Notes: generated by a model from the letters alone, not told the origin. A stretch of 64,000 bases of DNA from Dehalococcoidia bacterium (GCA_963662615.2 CAXXSR010000001.1:1056001-1120000); one strand, 5' to 3'; positions 48,937 through 60,006 are shown, numbered from the stretch's first letter. Made by a program: numbers and translations.

Positions 48937-51330
48937 ATGGCCGGCGCAGCAACGAGATCTCGAGCAGGGCGGCGCCGTCTGGCGTCCCGTTTCAGCCCTC
49001 GTGCGAAACTCCTCCCCCTCGCCTCCGCGAGCTTGCGCGCGTACCGCCTCCCCCTCCTTGGCGTCGCGACCGTGCTCGCCGTCGCCGCCATCACGAACTG
49101 GCTCACCGCACCGGTGGATCTGCTGCCTTCGCTCCGCGACGGCCTCGTCGAGGCGCTGGGACTGGGCGTGTTCCTCGTCGTCGCGGCCCTGCTGCTCGCC
49201 GCCCTCTGGCTCCTGGCGGGCGCGCCGACCCCCGGCTGGCCCGTCCTGCGACGGCTGACCGGCGCCGTGCTCTGGGCCCTCTTTGCCCTCGGCATCGCCG
49301 GGCTCTTCCGCCCCGCCTGGGACGTCGGCGACGTGGACCTCGCCGCGACCACCGTCGGCGGCGACGTCGGAGATCGGCTCAGCTCCCCCCTGGGCGCCGT
49401 CATCATGCTCGCGCTCGCCCTCAGCGCCGCCTTGCTGACCGCACCCTCCCTGACCCTGCGCGGCCTCGGCGCCACCCTCGGCGGCACCGCCGCCGGCATC
49501 GGCGCCATTGCCGCCGCGACCGCCCACCTCCGCCCTCCAATGCTCTCCCTGCGCCTTCCAGGCCGCAGCCGCCACGACCCTTGGGACCACTCCACCCGAC
49601 ACGATGCCACAGCCGCGGCTGACGCGGACGATGCCGACGCCATCGGCCTCACTGAGGATGACGATGCGGACTTGTTCGAGGCCGACGACGACCTCGCGGA
49701 GGAAGACGGCGCGGACTCCGATGAGCCTGACGAAATGGCGCTCCCACCGGCGGTCGACGGCCGCACCAGCGCCGGCGGCTGGGAGCTGCCGCCCCTGAGC
49801 CTGCTCAATCCGGACCACGCGCCCCGCAACCGGCGCGACAGTGAGCGCCTGGCCCGGACCATCATTGAGACTCTGGCCTCGTTCGGGGTGGACGCCGCCG
49901 TCACACAGATCAATCAGGGCCCGGCGGTGACGCAGTTCGGCGTGGAACCGGGGTGGGAAGTCAAGACCAAGCTGGTCTCCCTTCGCGACGAGACGGGCCG
50001 CCCGCTCCTGGACGACAGCGGCCGCCCGCTCCAGCGCGAGGAAGAGGTGGGACGCACGCGCGTGCGCGTCAGCAAGATCACCCGCCTCGCCAACGACCTC
50101 GCCCTCGCCCTCGCCGCACCCTCCATCCGCGTGGAGGCGCCCGTGCCGGGCCGCTCCGTGATCGGCATTGAGGTGCCCACCGCCGACCGGCGCCTCGTCG
50201 CCCTGCGCGACGTCATTGAATCGGCCGAGTGCCAGAAGGCGCTCCGCAACGGCGGCCTGCCCATCGCGCTCGGGCGCGCCGTCAGCGGCAAGCCGGTGGT
50301 CCGCGACCTCACCCGCATGCCGCACCTGCTCATCGCCGGCGCCACCGGTTCCGGCAAGAGCGTCTGCATCAACTCCATCATCGCCTGCCTTCTGATGCAC
50401 TTCTCGCCGCAGGAGCTGCGACTGGTCCTCATCGATCCCAAGCGCGTGGAACTGACCGACTACGCCGCCGTTCCCCATCTCGCCTTCTCCCGCGTCATCA
50501 CCGACGCCGATGAAGTGGTCACGGTCCTGGCCGCCATGCTCACGGAGATGGAGCGCCGCTACCTCCTCTTCCAGCGCACCGGCGCGCGCAACGTCGCCGC
50601 CTACAACGCCGCCGGCCATCCCAGCGGCAAGCTGCCCTTCTGGGTCGTCGTCGTTGACGAACTCGCCGATCTGATGATGACCGCCCCCGCCGAGGTGGAG
50701 CAGCAGCTCGTGCGCCTGGCCCAGCTCGCCCGGGCCACCGGCATCCACCTCGTCATCGCCACCCAGCGCCCCTCGGTGGACGTGGTCACCGGACTCATCA
50801 AAGCGAATTTCCCCACCCGGCTCGCCTTCGCCACCTCCTCGGCGACGGACTCGCGCGTCATCATCGATCACGGCGGCGCCGAAAAGCTGCTCGGCCGCGG
50901 CGACATGCTCTTCGTCAGCAGCGAGGGGCACGCCCTGCAACGCGTCCAGGGCACCTACGTCTCCGACGACGAGATCGCCGCGCTCATTGACTTCTGGACG
51001 GACGAGCGCTTCCGGCACATCCCCCGCCCCACCCTGGACCATCTCTTGCAAGAGGCTGCCGCCAAGCAGGACGGGGAGTCGTCAGAGGCAGAGCTTCCCG
51101 TCGACACCCCCTCCCCCGGCGAGCGCGACACGCTCTACCCCCGCGCCCTCGCCCTGGCCCGCGACCACTCGCGCGTCTCCGCCTCCTTGCTGCAACGACG
51201 CCTACGCGTGGGCTACCCTCGCGCCGCCCGCCTCATTGACGAACTCGAAGCGGAAGGCGTTGTCGCCCCTGCCGAGGGCGGCCAGTCGCGGCCGGTGCTC
51301 GCGCCCGAGACGACCGTGGAGTCGCGCTAA
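48937..51330 (+). CDS. ftsK: DNA translocase FtsK
   Basis: TM N-terminus, GATGSGKS, DELADLM, ATQRPS, gamma domain LQRRLRVGYPRAAR. Confidence 0.96.
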   Translation: MAGAATRSRAGRRRLASRFSPRAKLLPLASASLRAYRLPLLGVATVLAVAAITNWLTAPVDLLPSLRDGLVEALGLGVFLVVAALLLAALWLLAGAPTPGWPVLRRLTGAVLWALFALGIAGLFRPAWDVGDVDLAATTVGGDVGDRLSSPLGAVIMLALALSAALLTAPSLTLRGLGATLGGTAAGIGAIAAATAHLRPPMLSLRLPGRSRHDPWDHSTRHDATAAADADDADAIGLTEDDDADLFEADDDLAEEDGADSDEPDEMALPPAVDGRTSAGGWELPPLSLLNPDHAPRNRRDSERLARTIIETLASFGVDAAVTQINQGPAVTQFGVEPGWEVKTKLVSLRDETGRPLLDDSGRPLQREEEVGRTRVRVSKITRLANDLALALAAPSIRVEAPVPGRSVIGIEVPTADRRLVALRDVIESAECQKALRNGGLPIALGRAVSGKPVVRDLTRMPHLLIAGATGSGKSVCINSIIACLLMHFSPQELRLVLIDPKRVELTDYAAVPHLAFSRVITDADEVVTVLAAMLTEMERRYLLFQRTGARNVAAYNAAGHPSGKLPFWVVVVDELADLMMTAPAEVEQQLVRLAQLARATGIHLVIATQRPSVDVVTGLIKANFPTRLAFATSSATDSRVIIDHGGAEKLLGRGDMLFVSSEGHALQRVQGTYVSDDEIAALIDFWTDERFRHIPRPTLDHLLQEAAAKQDGESSEAELPVDTPSPGERDTLYPRALALARDHSRVSASLLQRRLRVGYPRAARLIDELEAEGVVAPAEGGQSRPVLAPETTVESR

Positions 51331-51450
51331 GGGGCGTCAGGCCCCGCATCTCCTGTTCCGTCGGCGCTGGCCTCCCCACGCCGCACCACACATAATGGGA
51401 TGGCGGACCCAGCGGCATCCGCACCCGCGCAGAGAGAAGGACCGAACGGC

Positions 51451-53283
51451 ATGCGCGCCCTCGCCGACCTCGTCGCTCGCTGGCGCACGCCCCAGCCGGA
51501 GCCGGCTCAGCTCCCGGCCGATCAGGGAGCCTGTGTCCTCTGCGGCGCTGCCACCGCCGACATGGAGGCGTTTGCCTTCAAAGGAGTCTGCGAGCGCTGC
51601 GGATTCCACCACGCCATCAGCGCGCGCACGCGCATCCGACTCCTCTCCGACGCCGAAACCTTTCGCGAAACGCGCGCCTCCACCACCGCCATCGATCCGC
51701 TCTCGTTTGCGGACGGCGGCGCCTACAAGCGCCAGTTGCGGGACGCCTTCCGCCGCACCGCCCTGCGTGAGGCCGCCCTCACCGGCGTCTGCCGCCTGCA
51801 CGGCCGCCCCGTCATGCTCGTCGTGCTGGACTTCGGCTTCATGGGCGGCAGCATGGGCGTCGTCGTCGGCGAGCGCGTCGCCCAGGCCTTCGAGGACGCC
51901 GCCAAGGACAAACTCCCGCTCATCTCCGTCATCTCCAGCAGCGGCATGCGCATGCGTGAAGGGCTGCTCGCCCTCTCCCAGATGGCCAAGACCGCCGCCG
52001 CCGCCCGCCGCCATCACGATCGCGGCCTCGCCCACTTCAGCATCTTCGCCAACCCCTCCACGGGAGGCGTCTTCGCCTCCTTCGCCAATCTCGCCGACGT
52101 GATCATTGGCGAGCCCGGCGCCCTCATGGGCTACGCCTCCCTGCGCGCTATCGAAGAGAATGAGGGCGCGCCGCTGCCACCCCACGCGCACAGCGCCGAA
52201 TCGCACCTGGAGCACGGCCTGATCGACCAGGTCATCGGGCGCGACCGCCAGCGCGAGCTGCTCGGCGCCCTGATCGACCTCACCAGCCCCCCCTACCGCC
52301 TGGAGATCACGCGGCCCCTGGAGCCGTTCCGCCAGCGGGCCCAGCGGCAGTTGAGCCCCTGGCACGAAGTCGCCCTCGCCCGCCACGCCCGCCGCCCCTC
52401 CGCGCTGGGCTACATCGGCCGCATGACCACTTCCTTCGTGGAGATTCACGGCGACCGCAGCAGCGGCGACGACCCCACCGTCGTCGCCGGCTTCGCCGAT
52501 CTCGGCGGGGAAGCCGTGATGATCGTCGGCCAGCAGCGCTCCGAGAACGGCGCCGAGCAGCCCTCCCGCATCGGCGCCGAGGGCGTCCGCAAGGCGACGC
52601 GCGCGCTGCGCCTGGCCGAGAAGTTCTCCCTCCCCGTGCTCACGCTCATTGACACCCAGGGCGCCGCCCGCACCCGCCAGGCGGAGGAGCGGGGCATTGG
52701 CCATGCCATCGCCGAGAACCTGGCGGCCATGTCCGCCCTGCGCACGCCCATCGTCGCCGCCGTTATCGGCGAAGGCGGCAGCGGCGCCGCGCTCGCCTTC
52801 GGCCTTGCTGACCGCGTCCTCATGCTGGAGCACGCCATCTTCAGCGTGGTCTCTCCGGAGGATGCCGCCGCCGCCCTGTACCGCGACGCGCAGCGCGCCG
52901 ATCAGATGGCCGGCGCCCTCCGTCTCACCGTCCAAGACGCCGTCGAACTCGGCCTCGTGGACCACGTCGTCCCCGAACCGCCCGGAGGCGCCCATGAAGA
53001 TCACGACGCTGCCGCCGCCATGCTGAAAAGCGCGGTCCTGCAGCAGTTGGGCGATCTCAGACGGACGGGGACGTCACGCCTCCTCAAGCGCCGCTACGCC
53101 AAGTACCGACACACACCGGGGTACCAGAACTTCTTCCGCGTCAGCCTGGAACGGAACCTCAGCGACCTGCGCGCCTCGCTGCGGGGGCGCTTGCACCGCG
53201 CCCTGCACCGCGCTCTGCCCCGGCGCTCACCCGCTCCCCCGGCCGACAGCGACGACGACGCCGGCGGCATTCCCATCCCATAA
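51451..53283 (+). CDS. accD: Fused acetyl-CoA carboxylase carboxyltransferase beta-alpha (AccD-AccA); alternative start 51400
   Basis: CxxC..CxxC Zn finger, FMGGSMG, TGGVFAS, then EIHGDR, GEGGSGAALA, VPEPPGGAH. Confidence 0.9.
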   Translation: MRALADLVARWRTPQPEPAQLPADQGACVLCGAATADMEAFAFKGVCERCGFHHAISARTRIRLLSDAETFRETRASTTAIDPLSFADGGAYKRQLRDAFRRTALREAALTGVCRLHGRPVMLVVLDFGFMGGSMGVVVGERVAQAFEDAAKDKLPLISVISSSGMRMREGLLALSQMAKTAAAARRHHDRGLAHFSIFANPSTGGVFASFANLADVIIGEPGALMGYASLRAIEENEGAPLPPHAHSAESHLEHGLIDQVIGRDRQRELLGALIDLTSPPYRLEITRPLEPFRQRAQRQLSPWHEVALARHARRPSALGYIGRMTTSFVEIHGDRSSGDDPTVVAGFADLGGEAVMIVGQQRSENGAEQPSRIGAEGVRKATRALRLAEKFSLPVLTLIDTQGAARTRQAEERGIGHAIAENLAAMSALRTPIVAAVIGEGGSGAALAFGLADRVLMLEHAIFSVVSPEDAAAALYRDAQRADQMAGALRLTVQDAVELGLVDHVVPEPPGGAHEDHDAAAAMLKSAVLQQLGDLRRTGTSRLLKRRYAKYRHTPGYQNFFRVSLERNLSDLRASLRGRLHRALHRALPRRSPAPPADSDDDAGGIPIP

Positions 53284-53314
53284 CCCACCAGCTAGCCCAC
53301 CGCCGAGCCAATCG

Positions 53315-54114
53315 CTAGCTATGAGCCTCCGCTTCCCCGGGGATCTCGCTGGCGGACACAGTCCCCTCCTGCACGCTGTCGCCCCCCTCGTCGGCGGCCG
53401 GCGCCATCAGTTCGTAGAGGCGTTGGCGCTCCCCACGCCCCGCAGCCGTCGCATGCCGCGGTCCAACCAGCGCGACGGGCCAAAGGCCGCGGCCGCCGCC
53501 TCAAACACGTGCCCCGACAGCCAGATCTCGCCGCCTGCGCTCTTCGCCAAGATTCGCTCCGCCATGTTGACGGTCCGCCCCAGGACGTCCCCGCCCGGTC
53601 GCAGGATCACTTCCCCCCGGTGCAGCCCCATCCGCACCCGCACCGGCCAGTCCGGCCGCCCTGCCGCCCGCGCCGCGATCCGCTGCTGGATGTTTACCGC
53701 GCACGCCACCGCCTGCGCCGCGTCCGCGAAGAGAACGAGAAAGCCGTCACCCGTGTTCTTCACCTCAAAGCCGGCGTAGCGCCCGATCGCTTCGCGGACA
53801 ATGCTGTTGTGATCGTCGACGATCTCGGCCCAGGCGCGGTCCCCCAGCCGCTCCGTGAGCTGCACCGAGTCCTCAATGTCGGTGAAGAGCACGGTCAGCG
53901 GCTCGCCACTGGCCGGGATCAGCGCTGCCGTCAGCGCGCGCCCATCGTTGGGGCAGAAGGCGGAATCCGCTGGGGCCTGCTCCCCACAGAACGCGCACAC
54001 TCGCGGCCCCGACGACTCCGCTCCCAGGTCATCGGACAGGATCCATTCCGGCACACTGGCGGGGCGTCGCCGCAGCGCGTCCGGCCGGTCGCTTGCGGTC
54101 AATGCTGTTCCCAC
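53315..54114 (-). CDS. Class III adenylate/guanylate cyclase with Zn ribbon (frameshift near 53432)
   Basis: LFTDIEDS, KNTGDGF, RMGLHRG, VNMAERI; the LRGV..RLYEL end is completed by a 1-nt shift in a G run. Confidence 0.8.
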
Positions 54115-54159
54115 CCCCCCGCAGTGGCAACGGTCGCCCCGGCAGGGGCCGCCACGTCC

Positions 54160-54250
54160 CCCTCACCCACTGCGCGAACCGCCCACTGTGCCAACCACCA
54201 ACAGCGCCAACCACCCACTGGCCAACCCACCCAGAGTGCAAACCGCCCAC
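54160..54250. repeat. Degenerate C/A-rich tandem units (AACCxCCCAC)
   Basis: About five similar units upstream of the cyclase. Confidence 0.55.
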
Positions 54251-54406
54251 CGAAGTCGTAGCGGTGGGCAGTCAACGGCGGCGCTGGCGCCGGCGGGCGG
54301 CGTCTCCAACGGCGCCACCGTGCTCCCGGCGATTCTGACGGCGAGTGAAACGTCATCCTAGCAAGGCGCTTGGAACCGGTCAAATGTTCTAAACAGCACC
54401 TTGCCT

Positions 54407-56527
54407 TCAGCCCCGCTCCCCCCCCGGCGACGCCGGCTCCTTGCGCCGCCGCCCTTGCCGCCGCAGCGGCCGCCGCCGGCGCCCGTACGACTGGTCCGTC
54501 CACTGCGGCAGATCCTCCAGCTCGTCGCCCGTGAGTTCCCGTCGCAGGTCCACAATTTGGTCGCGCAGCGCCGCCGCCTGCTCGAACGCCAGCTCCCTGG
54601 CGGCCTGCTTCATCTCTTGCTCCAGCCGCTTGATCATCCGAGCGATCTGGTCCCGCGATTCCGGGACCGGACCGGCCCGGTACTCGCCGGGCTCCTCCGC
54701 CGCCTGCCGCACCTGATCGGTGATGTCGCGCACCGCCTTCTGAATGCTCGTGGGCACAATCCCGTGCTCAGCGTTGTGGCGCTCTTGCGCCCCGCGCCGA
54801 CGCTGCGTCTCCGCGATCGCGTGGCGCATGGAATCCGTGATCGAATCCGCGTACATGATCGCGTGGCCGTTCGCGTGCCGCGCCGCCCGGCCCATGGTCT
54901 GAATCATCGTCGTCTCGCTGCGCAGGTAGCCCTCTTTGTCGGCGTCCAAGATCACCACCAGGCTCACCTCGGGCAGGTCCAGCCCCTCACGCAGCAGGTT
55001 GATCCCCACCACGCAGTCGAACACCCCCAGCCGCAGATCGCGCAGCACCTCCACCCGTTCAAACGTGTCCTGCTCGCTGTGCAGATAGTGCGTCTTGATG
55101 CCCACCTCGCGCAGATAGTCGGCCAGGTCCTCCGCCATCTTCTTGGTCAGCGTCGTCACCAGCGCCCGCTCGCCCTGTGTCACGCGCGCCTTGACTTCCG
55201 CCACCAGGTCGTCAATCTGCCCCGCCGTGGGCCGCACTTCCACTTGCGGGTCCAGCAGGCCCGTGGGCCGGATGATCTGCTCCACTACCTGGGTCGAGTT
55301 TCGACGCTCGTAGTCGCTCGGCGTCGCCGACACGAAGATGACTTGGTTGATGTGGCGCTCGAACTCCTCGAAGCTCAAGGGCCGATTGTCCAGCGCCGAG
55401 GGCAGCCGGAAGCCGTAGTCCACCAGCGTTTGTTTGCGGCTGACGTCGCCGCCGTACATGCCCCGCAACTGCGGCACGGACATGTGGCTCTCGTCAACGA
55501 TCAGCAGCCAATCGCGCGGGAAGTAGTCCAGCAGCGTCCACGGCGTGCTCCCCGGCCCCCGCCGCGCCAGGTGACGCGAGTAGTTCTCAATGCCTGGGCA
55601 ATAGCCCACCTCGCGCAGCGTTTCCAGGTCATAGCGCGTGCGCTCTTCCAGCCGCGCCGCCTCTAAGATCTTGTCCTCCGCCCGAAATTGTCGCAGCCGC
55701 TCCGCCAGCTCCACCTCAATGTCGGCCACGGCCGCCTCCAGCCGCTCGTCCGACGTCACGAAATGCTTCGCCGGGTAGATGTCCACCCGCTCCCGCTCCG
55801 CCAGCAGCTCCCCCGTCAGCGGATCCAACTCCACGACCCGCTCCACCACGTCGTCCCAGAACTCGATCCGCACCGCCAGATCTTCGTAGGAGGGATGGAT
55901 GGTGAGCGTATCGCCGCGAATCCGGAAGCGACCGCGCGTCAGCGTCATCTCGTCGCGCTCGTACTGCTGGTCCACCAGCCGACGCAGGATCTGGTTGCGC
56001 GGCGTCCGCTGCCCCTTCTTCAACGTCAGCACCATGGACTGGTACTCTTCCGGCTCGCCCAAGCCGAAGATGCACGACACGGACGCCACGATCAGCACGT
56101 CGCGCCGCTCGAACAGCGCCCGCGTCGCCGCGTGCCGGAGCTTGTCGATCTCGGCGTTGATGTCGGACTCTTTCGCAATGTACGTGTCCGACCGCGGCAC
56201 ATACGCCTCCGGCTGGTAGTAGTCGTAGTAGGAGACGAAAAACTCCACCGAGTTGTTGGGGAAGAACTCCCGGAACTCGGAACAGAGCTGTGCCGCCAGC
56301 GTCTTGTTGTGTGCCAGCACCAGCGTGGGACGGTTCACCTGCGCCACCACGTTCGCGATCGTGAACGTTTTGCCGGAGCCCGTGACGCCGAGCAAGGTCT
56401 GGGCCCGGTCGCCCCGGCGCAGCCCCTCGACCAGCGGCCCGATCGCCTGCTCCTGATCGCCCTGCGGCGCAAACGCCGACACTAGCTCGAACTGCGACGC
56501 TGTCGCCGTCCCGCCTTCTGCGGCCAT
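54407..56527 (-). CDS. uvrB: Excinuclease ABC subunit B
   Basis: [32 protein letters not shown]. Confidence 0.98.
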   Translation of the reverse strand: MAAEGGTATASQFELVSAFAPQGDQEQAIGPLVEGLRRGDRAQTLLGVTGSGKTFTIANVVAQVNRPTLVLAHNKTLAAQLCSEFREFFPNNSVEFFVSYYDYYQPEAYVPRSDTYIAKESDINAEIDKLRHAATRALFERRDVLIVASVSCIFGLGEPEEYQSMVLTLKKGQRTPRNQILRRLVDQQYERDEMTLTRGRFRIRGDTLTIHPSYEDLAVRIEFWDDVVERVVELDPLTGELLAERERVDIYPAKHFVTSDERLEAAVADIEVELAERLRQFRAEDKILEAARLEERTRYDLETLREVGYCPGIENYSRHLARRGPGSTPWTLLDYFPRDWLLIVDESHMSVPQLRGMYGGDVSRKQTLVDYGFRLPSALDNRPLSFEEFERHINQVIFVSATPSDYERRNSTQVVEQIIRPTGLLDPQVEVRPTAGQIDDLVAEVKARVTQGERALVTTLTKKMAEDLADYLREVGIKTHYLHSEQDTFERVEVLRDLRLGVFDCVVGINLLREGLDLPEVSLVVILDADKEGYLRSETTMIQTMGRAARHANGHAIMYADSITDSMRHAIAETQRRRGAQERHNAEHGIVPTSIQKAVRDITDQVRQAAEEPGEYRAGPVPESRDQIARMIKRLEQEMKQAARELAFEQAAALRDQIVDLRRELTGDELEDLPQWTDQSYGRRRRPLRRQGRRRKEPASPGGERG

Positions 56528-56958
56528 CACCACCTGCTCACAGGAATTGCGCCTCGCCATGCCGGACGCGATGCCGAACGGGCGGCGCCCTCGTGCCACG
56601 CGCGCATCAGATAGGCCTCCTTGGGCACAAGCCTGCCGTCGACCGGGTCCACCATCAGCAGAAACGCCTCCAGGGCGTGAGCGCCAATGAGGGGCGGCGC
56701 GGCTGGCACGCCGAACAGGCAGAAGATCGGTCGCCGCACTCCGTCCAACTCGGCGTTCACTTGGCCCAAGTCCAACTGCTCCTCCTCGCCATTGGCCAGG
56801 CGCGCGCGAATCTGTCCAAATGGCGTCACGCGCAAGCGCTCCAGCACGGCGGCTGGAAACATGCTGAACGTCGCGCCCGTATCGATCAGCGCATCGATGG
56901 TCTCGGAGTCCTGCCCCGTCGCCGACACCAGCGTGATCGGATGCGTAAACGTACCCAC
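56527..56958 (-). CDS. Clan AA (retropepsin-like) aspartyl protease
   Basis: ALIDTGAT and LIGAHALE motifs. Confidence 0.85.
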   Translation of the reverse strand: MGTFTHPITLVSATGQDSETIDALIDTGATFSMFPAAVLERLRVTPFGQIRARLANGEEEQLDLGQVNAELDGVRRPIFCLFGVPAAPPLIGAHALEAFLLMVDPVDGRLVPKEAYLMRAWHEGAARSASRPAWRGAIPVSRW

Positions 56959-57151
56959 GCCATCACCATATAGGACGGCGCGATGCCGTCGCGAGTCGCG
57001 GTATCGACCCAGGAACACAAGCATCCATCGGGAGGGTGAGTGCGTGCGAGGAGCGCCGGGCCCTGCGTCCCGCTAAGCGGTTCGGTCCCCGGCGGCGGCG
57101 ATCACCCCAAGCACAGGCGCCCGACGGACAGGCACCCAAGGCCCAGGCGCC

Positions 57152-57970
57152 CTAGGCGCTGAGCGCCTGGGCGTCGTCCATGTCGGCCGCCACCACGCGA
57201 TTGCGGCCGGCGTGTTTGGCTTCATACAGGGCCAAGTCTGCTTGGCGCAGCAGGCCCATTGCATCCAGCGCCCGTCCCGACCGCCCACAGGCCACCCCGA
57301 CCGACGCCGTCACCGGCGGGCCGCTCCACCGCTCGCCCCAATGCAGCGTGGCGACATGCCGGCGCATCTTCTCCGCCACGATCCGCGCCTCCTCCACCGA
57401 TGCCTCCGGCAGCAGCACGGCGAACTCGTCGCCACCAAGCCGCCCGATCAAGTCGGACTGGCGCAGCGCGGCCCGCAGCGCTTCCGCCACTGCCGCCAGC
57501 AGCTGGTCGCCCGCGTCATGCCCGGCGCGGTCGTTCACGGCCTTGAAGTGGTCCAGGTCCAGCATGATCAGGGACGGCGCACTGCCGTAGCGATCCGCTC
57601 GGCGCCACTCCTGCTCCAGCTTCTCGTGCCACGACCGCCGGTTGTCCAACCCCGTCAGTGCGTCCACGCGCGCCAGCCGTTCCATCGCCGCCGCGCTCTG
57701 CCGCAGCTCCAAATTGGCCCGGATGAATCGCCATTCCTGCCGCACGCGCCGTCGCCGTTCGCGCCGGGCCTGCAGCGAGACGAACGCCAGCGCCGCCAGC
57801 AGAGGCAGCACGACGACCGCCAGCACATCCGCCGACGCGCCCGTCCACGCCGCCAAGCGCTCGCCCACCTCCAGCAACGCGGCAACCGCGCCGATCGCCT
57901 CCGTCGCCACGACCGTGGTCAAGAAGTACGCGTGGTAGCGCCGCGCCCGGCGCAGCCAATCCGCTCCCAT
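57152..57970 (-). CDS. Membrane-anchored diguanylate cyclase
   Basis: Two TM segments, DALTGL, DLDHFK, GGDEF, ADLALY. Confidence 0.95.
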   Translation of the reverse strand: MGADWLRRARRYHAYFLTTVVATEAIGAVAALLEVGERLAAWTGASADVLAVVVLPLLAALAFVSLQARRERRRRVRQEWRFIRANLELRQSAAAMERLARVDALTGLDNRRSWHEKLEQEWRRADRYGSAPSLIMLDLDHFKAVNDRAGHDAGDQLLAAVAEALRAALRQSDLIGRLGGDEFAVLLPEASVEEARIVAEKMRRHVATLHWGERWSGPPVTASVGVACGRSGRALDAMGLLRQADLALYEAKHAGRNRVVAADMDDAQALSA

Positions 57971-58083
57971 ACCAAAAGGATCGCCCCTGGACGGCGGCGC
58001 CGATGTCGGGGGTTTCCCTTACGACGGCGCCCTGATCGCCTGTATTCTTTCCCCGCCCGGCCCGCCGCCGGCGGGAAACGGCC

Positions 58084-58716
58084 TCAGCTCGCCCCCGCCC
58101 CCAGCCGCCGGAAGACCGCCCGCAGGACCGCCTCGGCCGCGGGCTCCAGATCCTCCGACGCCACCTCCTGCACCCACTCTTGCGCTTCCCGCCGTTGGTA
58201 GCCCAGGCTGACCAGGGCCGCCACGGCGTCGGCCAGGGCCCGCTCAAGCTCCCGCGGCGGCTCCGGCGGCGGCTCGCGGTAGTGCTCGTCGCGCAGCAGC
58301 GCCTCCTCCACCACCTTCCCTTTCAGCTCGGCCACGATCTGGTCGGCCTGCCGCTTGCCCACGCCGGGAAGCTGCTGCAACGCTGCCTTGTCCTCCGCCT
58401 CGATCCACCGCGCAATCGTTGACACCGACGCCGCCAGCGCCCGTTGCGCCTTCGTGGCGCCGATCCCGCGCACCTTCATGAACTTCTTGAAGAACTCTCG
58501 CTCCACCGGCCGCAGGAAGCCGATCAAAATCGGCGTGGGCGCGCGCTCCGAGACGTGGTAGTAGGTGTAGAAGTCCACCCGCTCGGGCCGCCCCTCCATC
58601 GCCCGCCAGCAGTAGGTGGGCAGATACACCTCGTACCACAGCCCCCCCACCTCAATCTCGACGCTCTGCGTCTCGTCGTTCCAGCGCTTCGCCGCGCCCT
58701 GAATCCGCGAGATCAT
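58084..58716 (-). CDS. ruvA: Holliday junction protein RuvA
   Basis: MISRIQG, VRGIG, PGVGKR, ALVSLGY. Confidence 0.9.
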   Translation of the reverse strand: MISRIQGAAKRWNDETQSVEIEVGGLWYEVYLPTYCWRAMEGRPERVDFYTYYHVSERAPTPILIGFLRPVEREFFKKFMKVRGIGATKAQRALAASVSTIARWIEAEDKAALQQLPGVGKRQADQIVAELKGKVVEEALLRDEHYREPPPEPPRELERALADAVAALVSLGYQRREAQEWVQEVASEDLEPAAEAVLRAVFRRLGAGAS

Positions 58717-59267
58717 GGCGCCGGCGTCCGCGCCCAGGCGCCGCCGCCGAGAAGGAAGTGACAGTACGCCACCGCCAGCGCATCCGACGCGTCGTGTGGC
58801 GCGACCTCAGCTGCCAGGTCCAAGCGCAGGCGCAGCGCTTCCGCCACCGCCCCTTTGGCCGCATTGCCGTCCCCGGTCACCGCCTGCTTCACTTGCCGCG
58901 GGGCGTACTCGAAGACGGGCAGATCACGCTGCGCCGCTGCCAGCATGGCCGCCGCCTGCGCCTGCGCCAGCGCCAGCGCCGACTGCGCATTCACCTTGAC
59001 GAACGGCCGCTCCAACGCCACCGCCAGCGGCTCGTGCGCGTCGATCACCTCCAGCAGGCTCGCCATGATCGTCTGCAGACGCGCCGGCCGCGCCGCCGAC
59101 GGGTCCGGGGCAATCACCCCGAACGCGCCCAGTTGCGCTTCCCGGCCCACGATCAGAATGCCCCAGCCCGTGTGCCGCAACCCAGGATCGAGCCCCAGGA
59201 GGCGCCCGCCGGCGCTCTCCCCGACGGCGACACGTTCCCCGGCAGCCACCGCGTTCCTCTCAGGCAT
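58713..59267 (-). CDS. ruvC: Holliday junction resolvase RuvC
   Basis: GLDPG, EYAPRQVK, DASDALAVA. Confidence 0.94.
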   Translation of the reverse strand: MPERNAVAAGERVAVGESAGGRLLGLDPGLRHTGWGILIVGREAQLGAFGVIAPDPSAARPARLQTIMASLLEVIDAHEPLAVALERPFVKVNAQSALALAQAQAAAMLAAAQRDLPVFEYAPRQVKQAVTGDGNAAKGAVAEALRLRLDLAAEVAPHDASDALAVAYCHFLLGGGAWARTPAP

Positions 59268-60006
59268 CAACCAGGACGGAGTCCGGGAAATCCGCGTTGG
59301 TGTAGACGCGCTGGACGTCGTCCAGATCCTCCAACGCCTCAATCAGGCGCAGCAGCGCCCGCGCTGTGGCCTCCTCCACCGCTACCACGCTCTTCGGGCG
59401 CATCACCACTTCGGCCGACCCAATCGTCGCCCCAGACGCCGCCAGCCGGTCTCGCATCGCCTCCAGATCGGAGGGCGCCGTCACCACTTCAATCAGCTCC
59501 GCATCCGCGTCCACGTCCTCGGCGCCCGCGTCGATCGCCGCCAGCGCGATCTCGCTGCTCTCGGCGCCCGCCTCCACGTCAATGGCAATGACGCCCTTCT
59601 GCTCAAAGACCCAGGCGACGCTCCCGGTTTCGCCCATGCTGCCGCCGGCTTTCGTCAGCGTCGAGCGAATATCCGCCACCGAGCGGTTGCGATTGTCCGT
59701 CAGGGAGTCGATCAGGAGCGCCCCACCACCCGGCCCGTAAGCCTCGTAGAGGATCTCCTCCCAAGTGTTGCCCCCGGCGCTGCTCGTCGCCCGTTTAATG
59801 GCCCGCTGAATCGTCTCCTTGGGCATATTGGCCTGGCGCGCCCGGTTCAGCGCCAGCCGCAGCGTCGCGTTGTCGTCCGCGTTGGGCCCGCCCTGCCGCG
59901 CCGCGACGCTGATCTCTCGCCCGATCTTCGTGAACAGCTTGGACCGGCGTGCGTCCGTGACGCCCTTCTGCCGTTTGATCTGCGACCATTTCGAATGTCC
60001 GGACAT
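59260..60006 (-). CDS. yebC: YebC/PmpR family protein
   Basis: MSGHSKW, YEAYGPGG, TDNRNR, DDVQRVYTN. Confidence 0.97.
   Translation of the reverse strand: MSGHSKWSQIKRQKGVTDARRSKLFTKIGREISVAARQGGPNADDNATLRLALNRARQANMPKETIQRAIKRATSSAGGNTWEEILYEAYGPGGGALLIDSLTDNRNRSVADIRSTLTKAGGSMGETGSVAWVFEQKGVIAIDVEAGAESSEIALAAIDAGAEDVDADAELIEVVTAPSDLEAMRDRLAASGATIGSAEVVMRPKSVVAVEEATARALLRLIEALEDLDDVQRVYTNADFPDSVLVDA

Noticed and set aside
48859-51051. Long antisense ORFs (e.g. 48859-51051, 39973-41961, 11545-13098, 32603-34411)
   Set aside because: Shadows of real genes caused by high-GC codon bias; no recognisable motifs
53315-53440. Programmed frameshift in the adenylate cyclase
   Set aside because: No slippery heptamer or stimulator seen; a homopolymer indel is the simpler explanation
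57985-58080. c-di-GMP riboswitch before the GGDEF gene
   Set aside because: The class I/II consensus elements could not be identified by eye; only a generic hairpin is present
58084-59267. Missing ruvB (and purQ/purL, or an SPFH partner of nfeD) as pathway loss
   Set aside because: These genes may lie outside the window; split operons are common
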